Positions 34,701 through 48,408 are shown, counted from the first letter of the stretch. The stretch is 64,000 nucleotides of DNA from Zygnema circumcarinatum SAG 698-1b (GCA_037447605.1 CM074808.1:3844001-3908000); one strand, 5' to 3'. The notes: generated by a model from the letters alone, not told the origin. Translations and numbers: made by a program.

Positions 34701-37700
34701 AAAATGAGTCTCCGAATTTTTCGATTTGGACGCAGAACGGAGGCTGCATGTGCTCGACTCCGTTGACAGTTGTCATGTCCATGGAAAGCCCTTTGTTCTC
34801 CGTTTTCAACAAAGCCATCAAAGTGCGGCTTGAAGCGGGGCTCGCTGCTCTCCTTCAACTGACTGCGTCGCAGGTAAAAACATAAAGAGAGAGCGAGAGG
34901 GAGAGAGAAAAAGAGAGAGAGAGAGAGAGAGAGTGAGAGAGAGAGAAAGAATGTGAGAGAGAGAGGAGAGAGAGCGGCAAAGGGGTAAGGGAGAGCGGAA
35001 GGGGGAGAAGGAGAGGGAGAGGGAGAGGGAGAGGGAGCGGGGAGGGGAGGGAGAGGATACACCACATTTCAGGGGGATTTTCCCAGTTTTTGATCTCCAA
35101 ACTCGTAGCGTTTCTAGTTTTCAATTTCAGAGATGATGCGAAGTTTCTTAGCTAAGAGTTCTAGAGTTTTGAGGGTTTTTAGGGTTGCTCCAACTGACGC
35201 AATTCTGCTACTGCCTACGTCTCTCTTCTCTACCCCCCACCTCTTCCTTCTTTCTCTGCCTCTCTCCTCCCGTCCTCTCTCAGGTCTACATTCCGTCGGT
35301 GAAGAGACGGATTGACTGGTTGTGGCTGGTAACAGTACGAGTGTTCCCCAACGGAACGGAGCCATGGAGTGTCAGTCAGGAGAAGTACATGGTGGAGATA
35401 TTGGAGAATAACGGCACTTCTCTGGGAGAATATTTCGGCCCTCTTACATTGCTGTCAAGCAGCCTCGACCAGAATTTGACGCTGGAAGGTCAGCCGGTTG
35501 ACCAGGCTTGATTTCCTTGACCTTGATTGACTTTCTTGACTTAGTTCACTTGGTTGACTCTGTTGCAACCGTCCCATCCCACAAAGTCAAGGTTTTTGAA
35601 GTTCTCAAGTTTTAGGGTTGAAAGTTGCGTTTCGCTGTGTAAATGGATGGCAGATTCTTTCAACCCCCCCTCTCCTCTCACTCCTTCGACTGTCCCACCC
35701 CCTATGCCTCCTATAGTGCCCCTACCCCCTCCGTCCTCAACATCTCCGCTAGGACGCTCTCCCACAGGTAAGCAGCAGTAAGCAAATAATCTTGTCGTGA
35801 TGTGGCAAGAATTTGTTGAATCGTGTCCGTCCTATAAGCGACATCTCCGTTAGAAATTGTTGAAATGAGGAAAACTGAGAGGCTAAGAGAGGGAGCGGAT
35901 CATTTAGCTCCCTGCCCATTAAGTTCGCCTTCAAATTCACTTTTCCTCGCCTCCATTCCTGAAACTTTTCGCGAACTTTTTTTGTCCTCCTTTCGTTTCC
36001 CCTTTTCTCTTTGCAGAGCCAAAGTTTGGACTATGGTGCGTTGTGCTCATCGTTGCTCTGTTTGCCCTCTTTTTGGGAGTCCTTGGCTGCTTCATCTGCA
36101 TATGCGTAAAAAAAGAGCGAGGTAAACCGAAGGGTAAGCAGTTTCACAGACGCGAAATCATGAGAGAGAGAGAGACAGGAGAGAAGTTCTTTATACAATG
36201 GTTCTTTTCGCTTTCTTAACCCTAACTCCAGTTCCTGTCCTATTACCTGCCCTAAATCCTGCTTTCCTCAGCCCTAACTTGAACCCTAACTGCTAGTCCT
36301 AATCCTGGCCTGACCCCCACCCCCACCTCGAATCCTAAGTCTGACATCTCCCTCTCCCGTCCTCAGCCCTCTCCTAACCCTAATCCTCACCTCTCCCTCG
36401 CCCTGCCCGCCCTTTCCCCTTCCCACCCCTGTCCCTAACCCTAATCCTCACCTCTCCCTGCCCGCCCTTTCCCCTTCCCACCCCTGTCCCTAACCCTAAT
36501 CCTCACCTCTCCCTGCCCGCCCTTTCCCCTTCCCACCCCTGTCCCTAACCCTAATCCTCACCTCTCCCTCTCCCTGCCCGCCCTTTCCCCTTCCCACCCC
36601 TGTCCCTAACCCTAATTCTCACCTCTCCCTCTCCCTCTCCCTCTCCCTCTCCCTTTCCCTCTCCCTCCCCCAGCGTCCTCCCCTCCCCCCCCCTCTCCCC
36701 CGGGCCTGGAGGCCCTCCTCCAGGCGCGGTTCGCGCAGGCCCTCCCCCTCTCCGCGGTGGCGGCGGCGACCGGCGGGTGGAGCCCCGCGCGGCGCCTCGG
36801 CGAGGGCGCGTACGGCGTCGTGTACGGCGGCGCCTCCCCCGCGGGCCTCCGCTGGGCCGTCAAGCGCGCCAAACCGCGCCCGAACCCTCACCCTCCCCCT
36901 CACCCCGACCCTGAACCCGCCGCCGCCACCGCGCAAACCCTCCTGCGCTTCCGGAACGAGGTGGGACTCGCGTCACGTCGCGTCGCGTCACGGCATGTTA
37001 CGTCATGTCATGTCACATCATGTCACGTCACGCTACTCTGCTCCCTCGTGTCACACACCGCATCACGTTGTTGGGTTATTATGCTACGCAATGCTGTGCT
37101 GTTATGATCGGCTATGTTATATTTGTCGTTTTATGTTATGTTGCGGTGGGTTGCGGCCCACCACATCATGTCACGTTAGTATGTCACAATATGTTCTGTT
37201 TTGCTGCATTGTGTCACGTCACGTCACGTCATGTCACACGAACTATTTCTGTTGTTTTGCACTACTGTGTCACATCACGTCACGTCAAGTTGCTATTTTT
37301 TGTGACACCAATGCTAAGTTTTCTGGTCGAGACATCGACTTCAACTTTTTTCAGGGTGGGTGGATTTTTCCTTACGTTTCTTTCCTGGGTTCCTTGGGGG
37401 GGGGCCCATAACGGGCGGGCAGGTGGAGGTAATTTCGAAGATGAACCACCGAAATTTGGTCCGCCTTTTGGGCTATTGCTGCGAGGGGGGCGAGCAGGTC
37501 CTTGTGTACGAGTTCATGCCCAACGGAACGGTCTACGACCGCCTCCATCGCAGAGGTCTCTGCCCTTAAACTCTCACACACAAGCCTACTCCTTTTCTCT
37601 ATCTCTCTCTCTCTCTCTCCCTACAAGGGCACTTCAGTCCCCTCCCTCCCTCCCTCCCTCCCTCCCTTACACGTCACTTCCTGTTTTGAAGAAACCCCCC

Positions 37701-39382
37701 TCTCATCTCTAAGCAAGGGCGCTTCACTCCCATCTCTCCCTCCCTCCATCCCGCTCACTTCCTCCCGTTTCGACCTCTCCCTTTCTGAACAAATGCCACT
37801 TCAATCCCCCCCTTCCTCCCTCTCTCACTTCCTCCTGTTTTGACCTCTCCCTCTCTAACCAAGCCCACTCTACTCCCCTGCCCTCCCTCCCTCCCTCCCT
37901 CCCTCCCTCCCTCCCTCCCTCCCCCTCCAGGTGGGCGCCCCCTCTCCTTCGCGGAGCGACTGCAGGTCGCTGTGGGGGCTGCTCAGGGCCTGCACTATCT
38001 CCACAAGTTTGCAAAACCCGCCATTGTGCACCGCGATATCAAGTCAGAAAATATCCTTCTCGATGCAGACATGCAGGTCAGCAAAAGGACAGTCTTTTTT
38101 CTCTCAAGATTCACGCTGCTCCATGTGAAGCAAACCTCTGGTCTGCTCCATTTCCTGACTTCTTTCATTCTCTTTCCGGTTTCGTTGCCGTTTCGGTCTG
38201 TTTCACTTCCGTTCGGAAAGTGTTTTCTGTTCCTCCGCAGGCGAAAGTTGCGGATTTTGGACTTCTTAAACATTTAGCTTCGGGAGATTCAGCCACTCCC
38301 ATGTCGACACGTGTCGCGGGGACCCCCGGGTACTTGGATCCGGAATACCACAAAACCTTCAAGGTGACGGCGAAGTCGGACGTGTACAGGTGCCGCCCCC
38401 TCCACTTCGGCCTTTCCGAAAAAAAGAAGCCGAAAAAACCGCTTAAAGAAACAAATCGTACAAAAAAAAAAAACGGAAAGCAAAGGTGGAGGGGTTCCCA
38501 CAAGAGGCCCACATCGTAATGAATGGTTGAAAATCGTTTTTACATATTTGAATTTGGAATTTAATAGAATGAACCTTTGCTTCCTTTCAAGACCACTTTT
38601 GTCAACGTTTTGATTCTTCATATTTTGCGCAGCTTTGGAGTGGTTTTGTTGGAGTTGATAACGGGGCGTACGCCGATCTTCTCCAATTCCATCAATGAGT
38701 CGGAGGATGTCACTTTGGTGAACTGGGTGCGCCCTCTCCTCCACTCTTTCCTCCTCTCCCTCCCCTTCTTCACTCCCTCCCTCCCCCATTACCTGGCTCT
38801 CCCACTCTCCTCTTCCCACTCTATCCCTCTATCCCCCACGCTGTCTCCGTCTGCCTACAGCCCTCCCCCTCCCCCTCCCCCTCCCCCTCCCNNNNNNNNN
38901 NCCCAACCAACCTCCTTCCCGCTTCGATTCCTTCATAACGATTAGTCGCCTCTCCCTTTCTTTCCTTTCAGGCCAATTCCTTCCTGACACGTGGCAAGCT
39001 GGAGCTCATCGTGGACCCCTCCCTGGGCGGCGCGTACCCCCCCGAGGCCCTCCGCGCCATGGCCGCCGTCGCCGCCATGTGCACGCAAACCACAAGCAGG
39101 CTCCGCCCCGACATGGCGGAGGTGGCGTGGAGGCTTGTGGAGATTCAGAAAGCGGCGGAGGAAAGCTTCAAGAACGAGAGCAGAGAGCTCGGGCGGACTG
39201 AAGTCACGGGCGGCGGCTCCTTCACTTCCAGTGGCTCGAGTGGCCACCCGTTGAGCCATGGGGGAAGTTCGTCGAAATCGTCGGAAAACGCGAGCTTGTA
39301 TTCGAACACTCGCGCGTATTTGGGGCATCGGGTGGTCGAAATTCAGAACAGTGCGGAGTGCATATTGGAGGGGGAGGGATGA
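25715..39382 (+). CDS. LRR receptor-like kinase 1 (one LRR per exon, Cys-rich juxtamembrane ectodomain, RD kinase; LRR-VIII-1-like)
   Basis: Signal exon 25715-25820; LRRNT exon 26271-26394 ([14 protein letters not shown]); about 16 phase-2 exons of 60-72 nt (27502-33640); double-LRR exon 34235-34381; LAGNPLC..C..C..C.CSTP exon; TM exon 36017-36121 ([28 protein letters not shown]); kinase exons 36674-36960, 37423-37555, 37931-38076, 38241-38389, 38633-38726, 38972-39382 with [30 protein letters not shown]. Subfamily is inferred. Confidence 0.9.
27890..28560. repeat. Interstitial degenerate plant telomere repeat (CCCTAAA)n in an LRR-RLK-1 intron
   Basis: About 670 bp of aaaccctaaaccctagaccc variants between LRR exons 27800 and 28587. 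Confidence 0.88.
36375..36635. repeat. 55-61-bp minisatellite, about 4.5 copies, seeded with CCCTAA
   Basis: Unit ctaaccctaatcctcacctctccctgcccgccctttccccttcccacccctgtcc, immediately before the first kinase exon. Confidence 0.88.
36970..37300. repeat. Degenerate 5-bp (GTCAC/GTCAT) microsatellite in a kinase intron
   Basis: cgtcacgtcgcgtc..gtcatgtcacatcatgtcacgtcac runs. Confidence 0.7.
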
Positions 39383-39922
39383 TGGGGGTGAAGGGTGAAG
39401 GGTTTTGCAGGTTGGGGTGGGGATGGAGTTCAGAGAATCGTGACAACGTCACGTCTGCAGAATGCTCACGCCGGCAGACGTCACGTTGTCGAGAATTCTC
39501 CGATTACCAAAATGTCATGTTGTCGATGTACCGTGTTTTTGTAGTCTGTTGGATGTCTGTTGTTTATCCTGGCGTTCCATGTTCAGTTATATGTCTTTAG
39601 TTTTACGCTGAATGTATGTCCAATGTTCCATGTCCCGTGTTCCTTTGGGTCTCCATGTGTGGTTGTTCAACAAATTCCCAAGGCAAGGTGGAAATCACGA
39701 GGTGGAGGGTGGAATCTGGATCCAGTTGATGATCCATATCAACATCAGGAATGCATCCACTCGTTTTCCCCGCAAATTTGCCCGTGTGGAAATCGAGAAT
39801 CCACGCTTTTGTTGATCTGCACCTGCGTCAGATTCCAACGTCCCTGACGATCTCCAAAATAGATTTTGACATTTGGCGCGCTCTGTGATAGAAACTATCA
39901 GAAAAAAAGCAAAATAAAATTT

Positions 39923-40860
39923 GGGTAGTGATATTTCCACCCCTTTTTTGGATCCAAACACCCTTTCCCGGCCGGGCAGATTTCAAAAGGGATTAAAAAA
40001 GGAAAATGCTTTTTTCACACCTTTTTGGAATCGATACCCACCTTCTTCGTCGGCTGATTTTATTTTTGCTAACCAAGGAAAATGATACCCCGTCACCGCA
40101 TTTTGAATACTGTATCCCGCCTACCTGAATTTTTTTTTTGAGGGAAAGAAATATCTGCCTGCCCGAATCCGCTCGGAGCGGAAGATCCGTCCGCCACGAG
40201 ATCGTTCGCGGGTGTCCGTCTTTCACACGTGTGTGTCAATCGCAGCTGTCGATTCCCTCGCAGATCGCACCACTGCAGATCACCGTTCGATCTGCAGCCG
40301 GCCTTGATCTCAGCGAATGGAAAGCGCCCACGAGTCCCGTCAAAGCCGGATCGCACTTGCGAGTGCGCGCGTACCTCGGCCCGAGATCTTGTTCTATTGT
40401 CAGCTCCCAGCCAATCAACATTTGCCACGTGTTAAATTTTTGACGTGGAAAATTTTGATTGGTCCAAACTCTCAATGTACAAAATTTTTGGTACGACCGT
40501 ACGATATTTGTACGGACAAATTTTTGAGACGACTTTGGCAAGATACGTGGGCCCGTGCCATTCGCTGTGACCGAGCCCGGCTGCAGATGAAATAGTGATC
40601 TGCCTCGTTGCGATCTGCGAGGGAATCGACGGCTGCGATTGACCGCACGCGTGAAAAAAAATTCAGGTAGGCGGGATGTTCAAATGGAGTGAAGGGTTAT
40701 AATTTTCCTTGTTTCGCAAAAATACAATCTGCCGATGGAGGGTGGGTATCGATTCCAAAAAGGTGTGAAAAAAGCATTTTCCGTTTTTAATCCTTTTTGA
40801 AATCTGCCCGGCCGGGAAGGGGTGTTTGGATCCAAAAAAGGGGTGGAAATATCACTACCC
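39923..40860. mobile_element. Non-autonomous foldback/MITE DNA transposon, 938 bp, long terminal inverted repeats, 8-bp TSD TAAAATTT
   Basis: Left end gggtagtgatatttccaccccttttttggatccaaacacc.. is the reverse complement of the right end ..ggtgtttggatccaaaaaaggggtggaaatatcactaccc. Imperfect pairing continues inward for about 270-370 bp. taaaattt at 39915-39922 and 40861-40868. No transposase ORF. Confidence 0.9.
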
Positions 40861-41030
40861 TAAAATTTCCTTACTTTATTTGGGGAGTGCCAGAAGCAGC
40901 CAAGAACCGAGTCCAGCCGCTACCTGGCATTACCCCATTGACTGAAAGTAGATCTCCAAGTTGATCAAATCAACTCGTTGCTCCAGAGCTGTTGATCAAC
41001 CAGAAATTGCGGAACAACGTCTTCAGCCGC

Positions 41031-42003
41031 CACGTGGCGACTGCGAGCTCTGCCCAGCCGCGGAAATGACGGCTTGCTGAGCTGGCAGCTGTCCGGAACT
41101 TCAGGGCTGTTGATTCCACCATCGGTCATACCCCGTCCAAGGTGGATGCACCTGCGGTTAACCTTGAAATCTGTGACCTGTGGGTGGGTACGATCTGTAC
41201 GGATCAATGTGGATCTTTAACCGGATATTCGCACGTGCGAGTGCGCTCGTCAAAGCGGGAATTTCGCAGGTCTCCTCCGCCCCGCGGTCAAAACCCTCCT
41301 GGGGAAGCGAAACGGACGGTGAGGATCTTCGATCTTGGATGTTCTGCCACGTGACGCAATGTGAACCGTCCGATGGTTAACGCTTAAATCACAATATTGG
41401 CACATGTCATTTTTTGTTGCAGGCTAATAAAGGCCCATAGGTCCGTACAACCACCGAGCCACGTGGCACTTGCCGACCGGCGAAGGTTACACTACCGGCC
41501 CGGCAAGTTTTTCTGCATGGCAGATCGCCCCGCGGCTAGTTCCAGCCAATCGGTATCGGCCACGTGGACAATTCGACCAATCACGTCCTCCAAAATGACA
41601 GAGCCGGCCGGTCTTCCCGTGCCGGCCGTCAAGATCTCCTCTCCGCCGGCCGGCAACTTTTGGCCAGTGGCCGCGACAGCCGGCCTAGCGCGCCGGCTTT
41701 GCGACGCCCTGCGACCCTCGTCGTCTCGTGCGACCGCTACTATTGGGTGTACGACTGAAGTTAGACTAGTCGCCAACTAATAGCGAGGTGGACTGACACG
41801 TGCAAGTCGCAGACACGTGCCGGTAAGCGTCCCTGTCAGTGCCGGGAAGGGCGTCAACCCTCTGGGAGTGGTCCACGTGGCGCCCTCTGACTGCCTCCCA
41901 CCTACTCTCTCTCTCTCCCTCTCCCTGTCTCACTCCTCTCCCTGCCCCCCCCCTCCCCCTCATGCTATCGCCTGACGTCTCCCGTGCTGCCACGTGTCAC
42001 GTG
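41031..42003. promoter_or_regulatory. G-box (CACGTG) cluster upstream of gene B
   Basis: 10 CACGTG at 41031, 41232, 41348, 41460, 41561, 41797, 41814, 41874, 41991 and 41998, plus CCAAT boxes. Confidence 0.55.
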
Positions 42004-42312
42004 GCCATGGTTGCAGCTTTTCTACCTCTCCCTCTCCCTCCCCTCCTCAACCTGTTCCGATAGCGCTCTCTCGCTCCCTCTCTCTCTCAAGCCCTATCCC
42101 CAACCTCTCCTCGCGCTCTCTATTGAAACCTCTGCCTGTTCTGAAAGTCACCGTTCTTTGTCTCCCTCTCCCTCCCCCCCTTTCTCTCTCTCTGACTTGC
42201 TCTTCCTTCTCCCCCCACTCTCCCTCCATCACACAGTCAAACCGCCCCTCCCCTCCCTCCCCTGTGACCTAAATCTCCAGCGTGTTTCCTTATTTTATTT
42301 CAGTTTCAGTAT

Positions 42313-45300
42313 ATGTTTTCTGCGATGCTGCGCCGCTCCTCCTCTCCCTCTCCTCTTCCTCTCCTCCTCCTCGCCACTCCCCTCCTGTTCGCATGCTACC
42401 GTTCCGTTCTCAGTTTTCAGTTCGAGGATGCTTCCCAGCAGTTTCCAGAAAACAGCTCCGGGCGGCAGACCGAGGTACGTGCAGCTGAAAAAAAAAAGAA
42501 ATCCTTTTAAATCTATCTTTTGAGCCCAATGCATGTGATTCCGTCGGCTTTGTTTTACGGAACTGGCAACTGAACTGCCCACTCATGTGCATGGAGCCGC
42601 CTCTCCAATTTGCTGAAATTAGGGTTGAATTTTTTTTTTCCTTTTGTTCACTCGCTGCATTCTCCCTTCATAAGAATACGACGACATGGAAATGTTGTTA
42701 AACATGCACCATCAAAGGCTAGGTATTACTTTCAGATTTTGCCTCGTTTCCGGGTCACTCTCTCTCGCCTCTCCCTCCCCTCTCCCACACTGAGGCCACT
42801 CCCTTTTATAAATTACAGTTTCCGTTACAGTTATCTTTACGGTTATTCCGTCAGCTAGGGGTTCTATGCTTATGCCAGCTGGCATTCTCCCACTCATCAA
42901 CTTCTTTTTGTCCTTTTCTCGCTCCTCAAGTTCTCACTTATTGACTTCAAATATCCAGTTTTCGTTTCTCTCTCTTCATCATCCCTTCCTCTCCCCCCAC
43001 ATCGCGCTCTCTCGGTCCCTCCCTCTCCATCGATCCCTCTCTCGCTCTGCCTCTCCCTCTCCCTCTTCCTCTCCCTCTCCACCTCGTTCTCTCCTGCTTC
43101 CCTTCCCCTCTCTACCATCTTCTGTCTCTTGCTCTCCATCCTTCTCTTTCTCCCTTTCCCTCTCCACCACTCTCTTTCTCTCTCCATCCCTCTCTCGCTC
43201 TCTCCCTCTCCACCCCCTTCTCTCCCCCGGCCTCTCCACCTGTCTCTTTCTCTCCGTCTCCACTTCTCTCTCGCGCGCTACCCCTCTCCTGATCGTTTAA
43301 GTCCGACTGCATTAGGAGTTTCTCAGTCAGTTCCATGCGTCACATGTAACTGAAGTGCACTACTTATTTCAGTTATGAATTTCATACATTCTTGGGAGTT
43401 CAGGAAGATTTCGCTGCATTTGGATCCCACGCATGCTGTCGAGGGCGGGGCACTGGAAACTTTTTGAGCCTCACGGCTCAGCCTCCCTGCAGGTGGGTTT
43501 TCCTTCCGTTACAGTTGCAGTTTCGGTTTCAGTCTCAGTCAGTCCGGTTGTGGTGCAACTGGCGTCCATTGGAATCACCATTTAGTAGTTTCTTCAATTC
43601 CGTTGCAGTTACTGTTTCAGTCCAAACATAGAAGACGCTTTTGTTTTCAAGTAATTGGAGAGAGAGAGGTTCAATCTGACATGTGAACCACCAGGTTATG
43701 GAATCAGTTTAGACAAATTGAAACTGAAACTGTAACGATATTAGGTTACTTTTTCCGTTTTTTTTCAATTGTACGCATCTCTCTGACACTCATTTTAAGA
43801 TGAATCAGAGCATAGAAGTGATTTGGAACGAGTTGGTAGCAATACGAGTGTGGTAAAGAACTGGATTCCTTCTCGATGTTTCGTATGACAATACTTTTGT
43901 TGAAAGTGAATGAAACATGGGATCGCATGTCTGCTCAGTTCAGTTCAGTTCCGAATCATGGCGTCATAGAATAAGGTGGTACAGTCTGCAGCATATAAAT
44001 CTTGAGCTTTCAAAGTCCTCCTTCCCCAAATTGAGTCTGGGACCTTCTTTATCGGTCCGTAGATTAACATTGAACAGCACCAACCCCATTCCATCTATGC
44101 TCATGTTTGTTTATGGGGGATTTTTTTCTTTCTGTTTTTTGTCTTTGCAGTGCTTTCTGCTCTTGTAGTAATGGCCTCCTCCTCTCCTTCATTCACTGCC
44201 CCCCCGGCCTCCTCTTCAGTGAAGAACTCTCCGTTTGTGTGCCAGCTCAACAGTCTCTATGTCCCAGTTTAACGGTCGGTACAGACTCACTTCTCCTCCG
44301 CGGAGCCTCCCACAAAGCAGGAAACCCTTCCACCTCCGAAGAAGAAGAAGAAGAAGAAGTAGAAGAAGGCAGGACAAAGGAGTTTGAATGGAAAACGTTC
44401 GATCGTCGCGTCATGCTGGAGGGAGAGTCCTCTGCTCTCCCTCCCCCCCCTCGCCCTCCCTTTGGGAGACACCCTCCCGGAGTAGGAAAACATCCTCCAG
44501 GAGTAGGGAAACACCCTCCCGACTGCGGTAAGCGTCCTCCCGGAGTTGGTAAACATGGGCCAAATGTGGGAGGTTACCGCTATTGGAGCAGCTGCAAGAA
44601 GAGAAGGTTCAGGTCCCCCCCGCCCGGACCTCTGGTGAGCTGAGCCGCTCTCCCGACAGTAGAGGTAGTAGTGGTAGTGGTAGGGTAGAGGGGATGTATG
44701 TGGATGATGGATGTGTATGTTTATGGTGAGGTGAAGATGGTGTTGGGAGTTTTCTGGGATGAGAGGTGCATGAACAGCTTTGTGATGGTGATGTTTGGAG
44801 TGATGAAAGTGATGTAAGTTTCGCGTGGCGGATGATGTAGGATGTGTTGGGCTGCTGCGTTAACCGAGGAACCGGAACCTTTTCAGCCCTTAATAGCGAC
44901 CCCCCTTGCAGGTACAAACCCTAACTTTCCCGCACTCATGCTCTCCTCGCCTTTCTTCTTGTTGGTTTTCATTTTTCCTTATCTTATATGTGGTTTCTGA
45001 TTTACTTTAAGATCTCAATTTTTTGTTGCGTTTTTCACCGTCCGACTTCTGCTCCATCTTGGCCCATTCTGAAGAAACCAAACCCCCTTCCTCCCTTCTC
45101 TTTCCCTTGCTTTCCAGAGACTTCTGCGTGTGTGTGAACAGCACTTTGGTGGAATCCAACACATGCTATGCGGGCACATTGTTCAACGATGATCCGGAAG
45201 TTCAAAGCTGCGATTTTGCGCCCTACGTTTCTTGTGACAATGGGACCTATAATGTGCCCCCTCCGCCGCCCCTAAGGGGACTTGTGAGTTCAAATCTATT

Positions 45301-45801
45301 CAAACAGGGGTTTGACATTGTTCTATGTGAGGAGGGCGGGGGAGGGAGGGAGAGAGAGAGAGAGAGGGTTCTAGCGATTTTTTGTTCAAGATTAGCGAAG
45401 GAAGCACCTTGCCTGCTATACGTGTAGAAGGCATGACGATGTTTCCATGCGTTAGTTGCAGGTTTTGCTGGAAGTAGATCTTCTTGAACTGAGTTATACA
45501 AGTGGAAAACCGTGCTATGTGTTGTTTTCTGTCGTATTTCCTTGATTTTATCAGATTTTGAGTTTTTGATTTCCATGTTTTTGTTTTCCGCAGGCAAACG
45601 GAGGTGTTTTGACTACTGGCTATTACGCACGGAATGCGTTTGATTGTGATAATCAAACGGACTGTCCGTACTTGCCCTTCAGTTACACCAAACGGAACGA
45701 ATTTATGCGATTCACGAGCGTGACCCCACAGGCCTTTGTTGATTGGAGGAACCCTGACATCATGACACCTGTCAAACTGCAACAGGCGTGCCGTGAGTCG
45801 G

Positions 45802-45855
<54 letters not shown>

Positions 45856-48408
45856 TTCCCCTTCTCTCAATCATTTCCCTTACCTCTCCATCGGCCTCTC
45901 TCTCTCTCTCTGCCCTTTTCAGCAGCTTTCGTGTCCGTTTCTTTGACTAAGAAGGCCCATATTTGTCAATGTCTTGTGCTGATTGGTCTTCTTTTCGGTG
46001 GGTTTTTTTCTTTTTAAATTCACAGGGGCCTGCTGGGCCTTTTCGGCAGTAGCGGCTATAGAGACGGCTTTAGCGATTAATGATCGTGACGCTTCCTTGC
46101 GAGAGCTTTCCGTTCAACAGGTGTTGGACTGTCTATCTCCTTACGGAGACACATGTGACGGGGGGGATCCGAACGATGTGTTGGATTATGTGGCTCGCAT
46201 CAAGACCCTTGTACCTGCCTCCGTTTATCCGTTGAGAAATGCAAGCAACGTAACTGCCGGTACATGTGAATCTGCACTGGTGAGAATGGGACAATGGAGA
46301 AACTGACATGAAGCAGCTGAACTTGAGTAGAGTGAGAAAGGAGGGGAGTGGAGAGGGGTGCTGGGAGAGGAGAGAGGGGAAAAGGGAAAAGAGGAGAGGA
46401 AAAGAGAGGAGAGGAGATTGCTGTACGGTTAAAATGAGAAGGCTTAAGTGTTTTGAATGATTTGCTTGTTGGGCTGTGGGGAGGTGCATTTGAGCAGGTG
46501 GATACGTATGCTAACTCAACTGATGAGAGTACAGTGGTAGCGTGGGAGAGAGTGAGAGTCAATGACCCTCAGGCTCTCATGGCAGTAGTCTCATCCCAGC
46601 CGGCAATCATCGCTATTTCGACGCTTCTCGTTTCGTTCTTCACTTACAGCGGGGTAACCACAAGTTTGAACTCTTGTATCCACTTCTCTCATATCTAAAC
46701 AAACCTCCTCCTAGACAGAAAATAAAACACAAAACTGCCGTCAATTTTCATTTGCATGAAACCCATGTGGAGCTCCTTCTAGCCCATGAAATCCCCTCTT
46801 TACTGACCTGTAAAACCCCTTCAATGCTAATGAAACCCACCCGCTCTGCAGGGAATATACGAGCCGACGGGAGAATGCGGAGTGACCCCAACCCACAACC
46901 TAGTGGTGGTGGGCTACGGCGTTACTGGGCCATACGACAACCCCCCCAACAAGAAGTATTGGCTCGCCCGTAACTCGTGGGGGACGGAGTGGGGCGAGGC
47001 GGGGTACATGCGCATCGCCCGCTATGACGTGGGCGCGGGCGTGTGCGGAATGCTCGCAGTGGCGCCCGTGTACCCGGTCGTGCGGCCGCTCACGTACACG
47101 GGCCACCAGAACAGGAGGGTGAACGCGCGGCTCAAGCTGGCGTACGACCCTAACTGTGAGTAGGAGGGAGGGGGAGGGGGGGGAAGGGGGGGGGAGATGT
47201 GGGAGAGGGGGAGGGGAGAGGGGGAGGGGAGAGGGGAGGGAGAGAGGGGGGGAGGGAGAGGGGGGGGAGAGGGGTGAAGGGAAGGGGGACAGGGGGGTGA
47301 GAAGGGGCGGAGAGTGGAGGGCGAGGCGGGGAGGGGTGGGGGGGAGGAGGGAGGGGGGGAAGAGGGTGGAGAGAAGGGGGATGAGAGGGAAGGGCAAGAA
47401 GAAGGGGGGAATGCGAGAGTGGGGAGGAGAGATGGGGGGAGTGGGAGGGGGGAGAGACGGTGAATGTTGGGAAGATGTTAGGAGAGAGGGGGTAGAGACG
47501 GGAAGAAAGTGGGAATGAGAGTGGGGAAGAAGGGAGGGGAAAGCGGGGGGGAGGAGGGGGAGGGGGCAAGAGACGAGTGGGAGATTTGAAGGTATAGTGA
47601 AAGAGGAGAGGGAGTAGAGGAGACGAGAGTGAAGAGAGAGGGAGCGAAGAGGAGGCGAGAAAGGGAGGGAGGGTGAAGTGGAGAGGGAGAGTTAAAGTAG
47701 AAGAGAGTAAAGAGAAGAGGGAAGAGGACAGGTGGAGATGAAGGAAAGGGGTAATGAAGAGAAGTAAGTAAAGAAGAGACGAACTGTGGAGGATGGTATG
47801 TTATGGGAGAGACCAGAAAAGAGAGAGAGCAAAGCAGAAAACAAGTGGGTTGTGAAATTCGAGAGTGGCGACAAAGGGAGGCAGAGTGGAAGTGATGCGA
47901 GAAGAGAAGGGAGCCGGAGGGGGGAGGGGGGGGGGGGGGAATGGGGAGGGTGAGAGGAATTGAAGGATTGATTGAGGGATTGAAGGAGAAAAGAATAGGC
48001 ACGAAGGGAGAAGAGTAAAGAGAGTGTAGAAGATTTACACAGACAACATTAAAGCTTGAACACTAGAGCGATAATATCCCAGCGCCTGCAATTTCTATCT
48101 TTGAGCGCTTAAACTGAAATTTCTGCTCTATGTGGATATGGTTTCAGATAGGAGAACTCCTCCCCCTGTCTACCTCCGCCCCCCTCCCTCTCCCCCCCGA
48201 CATTTTGGTGGGAGGCACCCTCCCGGAGTAGGAAAGAGACCTCCGGGAGTGGGAAGCCACCCTCCTGACCAGGGGGACCACCCTCCGACTGTTGGAGACC
48301 ATCCTCCCGAATATGGGAAGCATCCTCCCGGAATTGGAGATCGGATTTATCCACGTAAGGAGATAAAGAAAAGGAGAGGGGGGAAGGGGGGGGGGGGGNN
48401 NNNNNNNN

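Noticed and set aside
40229-40595. Short ORFs inside the foldback element as a possible transposase
   Set aside because: They are under 115 aa with no DDE, zinc-finger or hAT dimerisation motifs.
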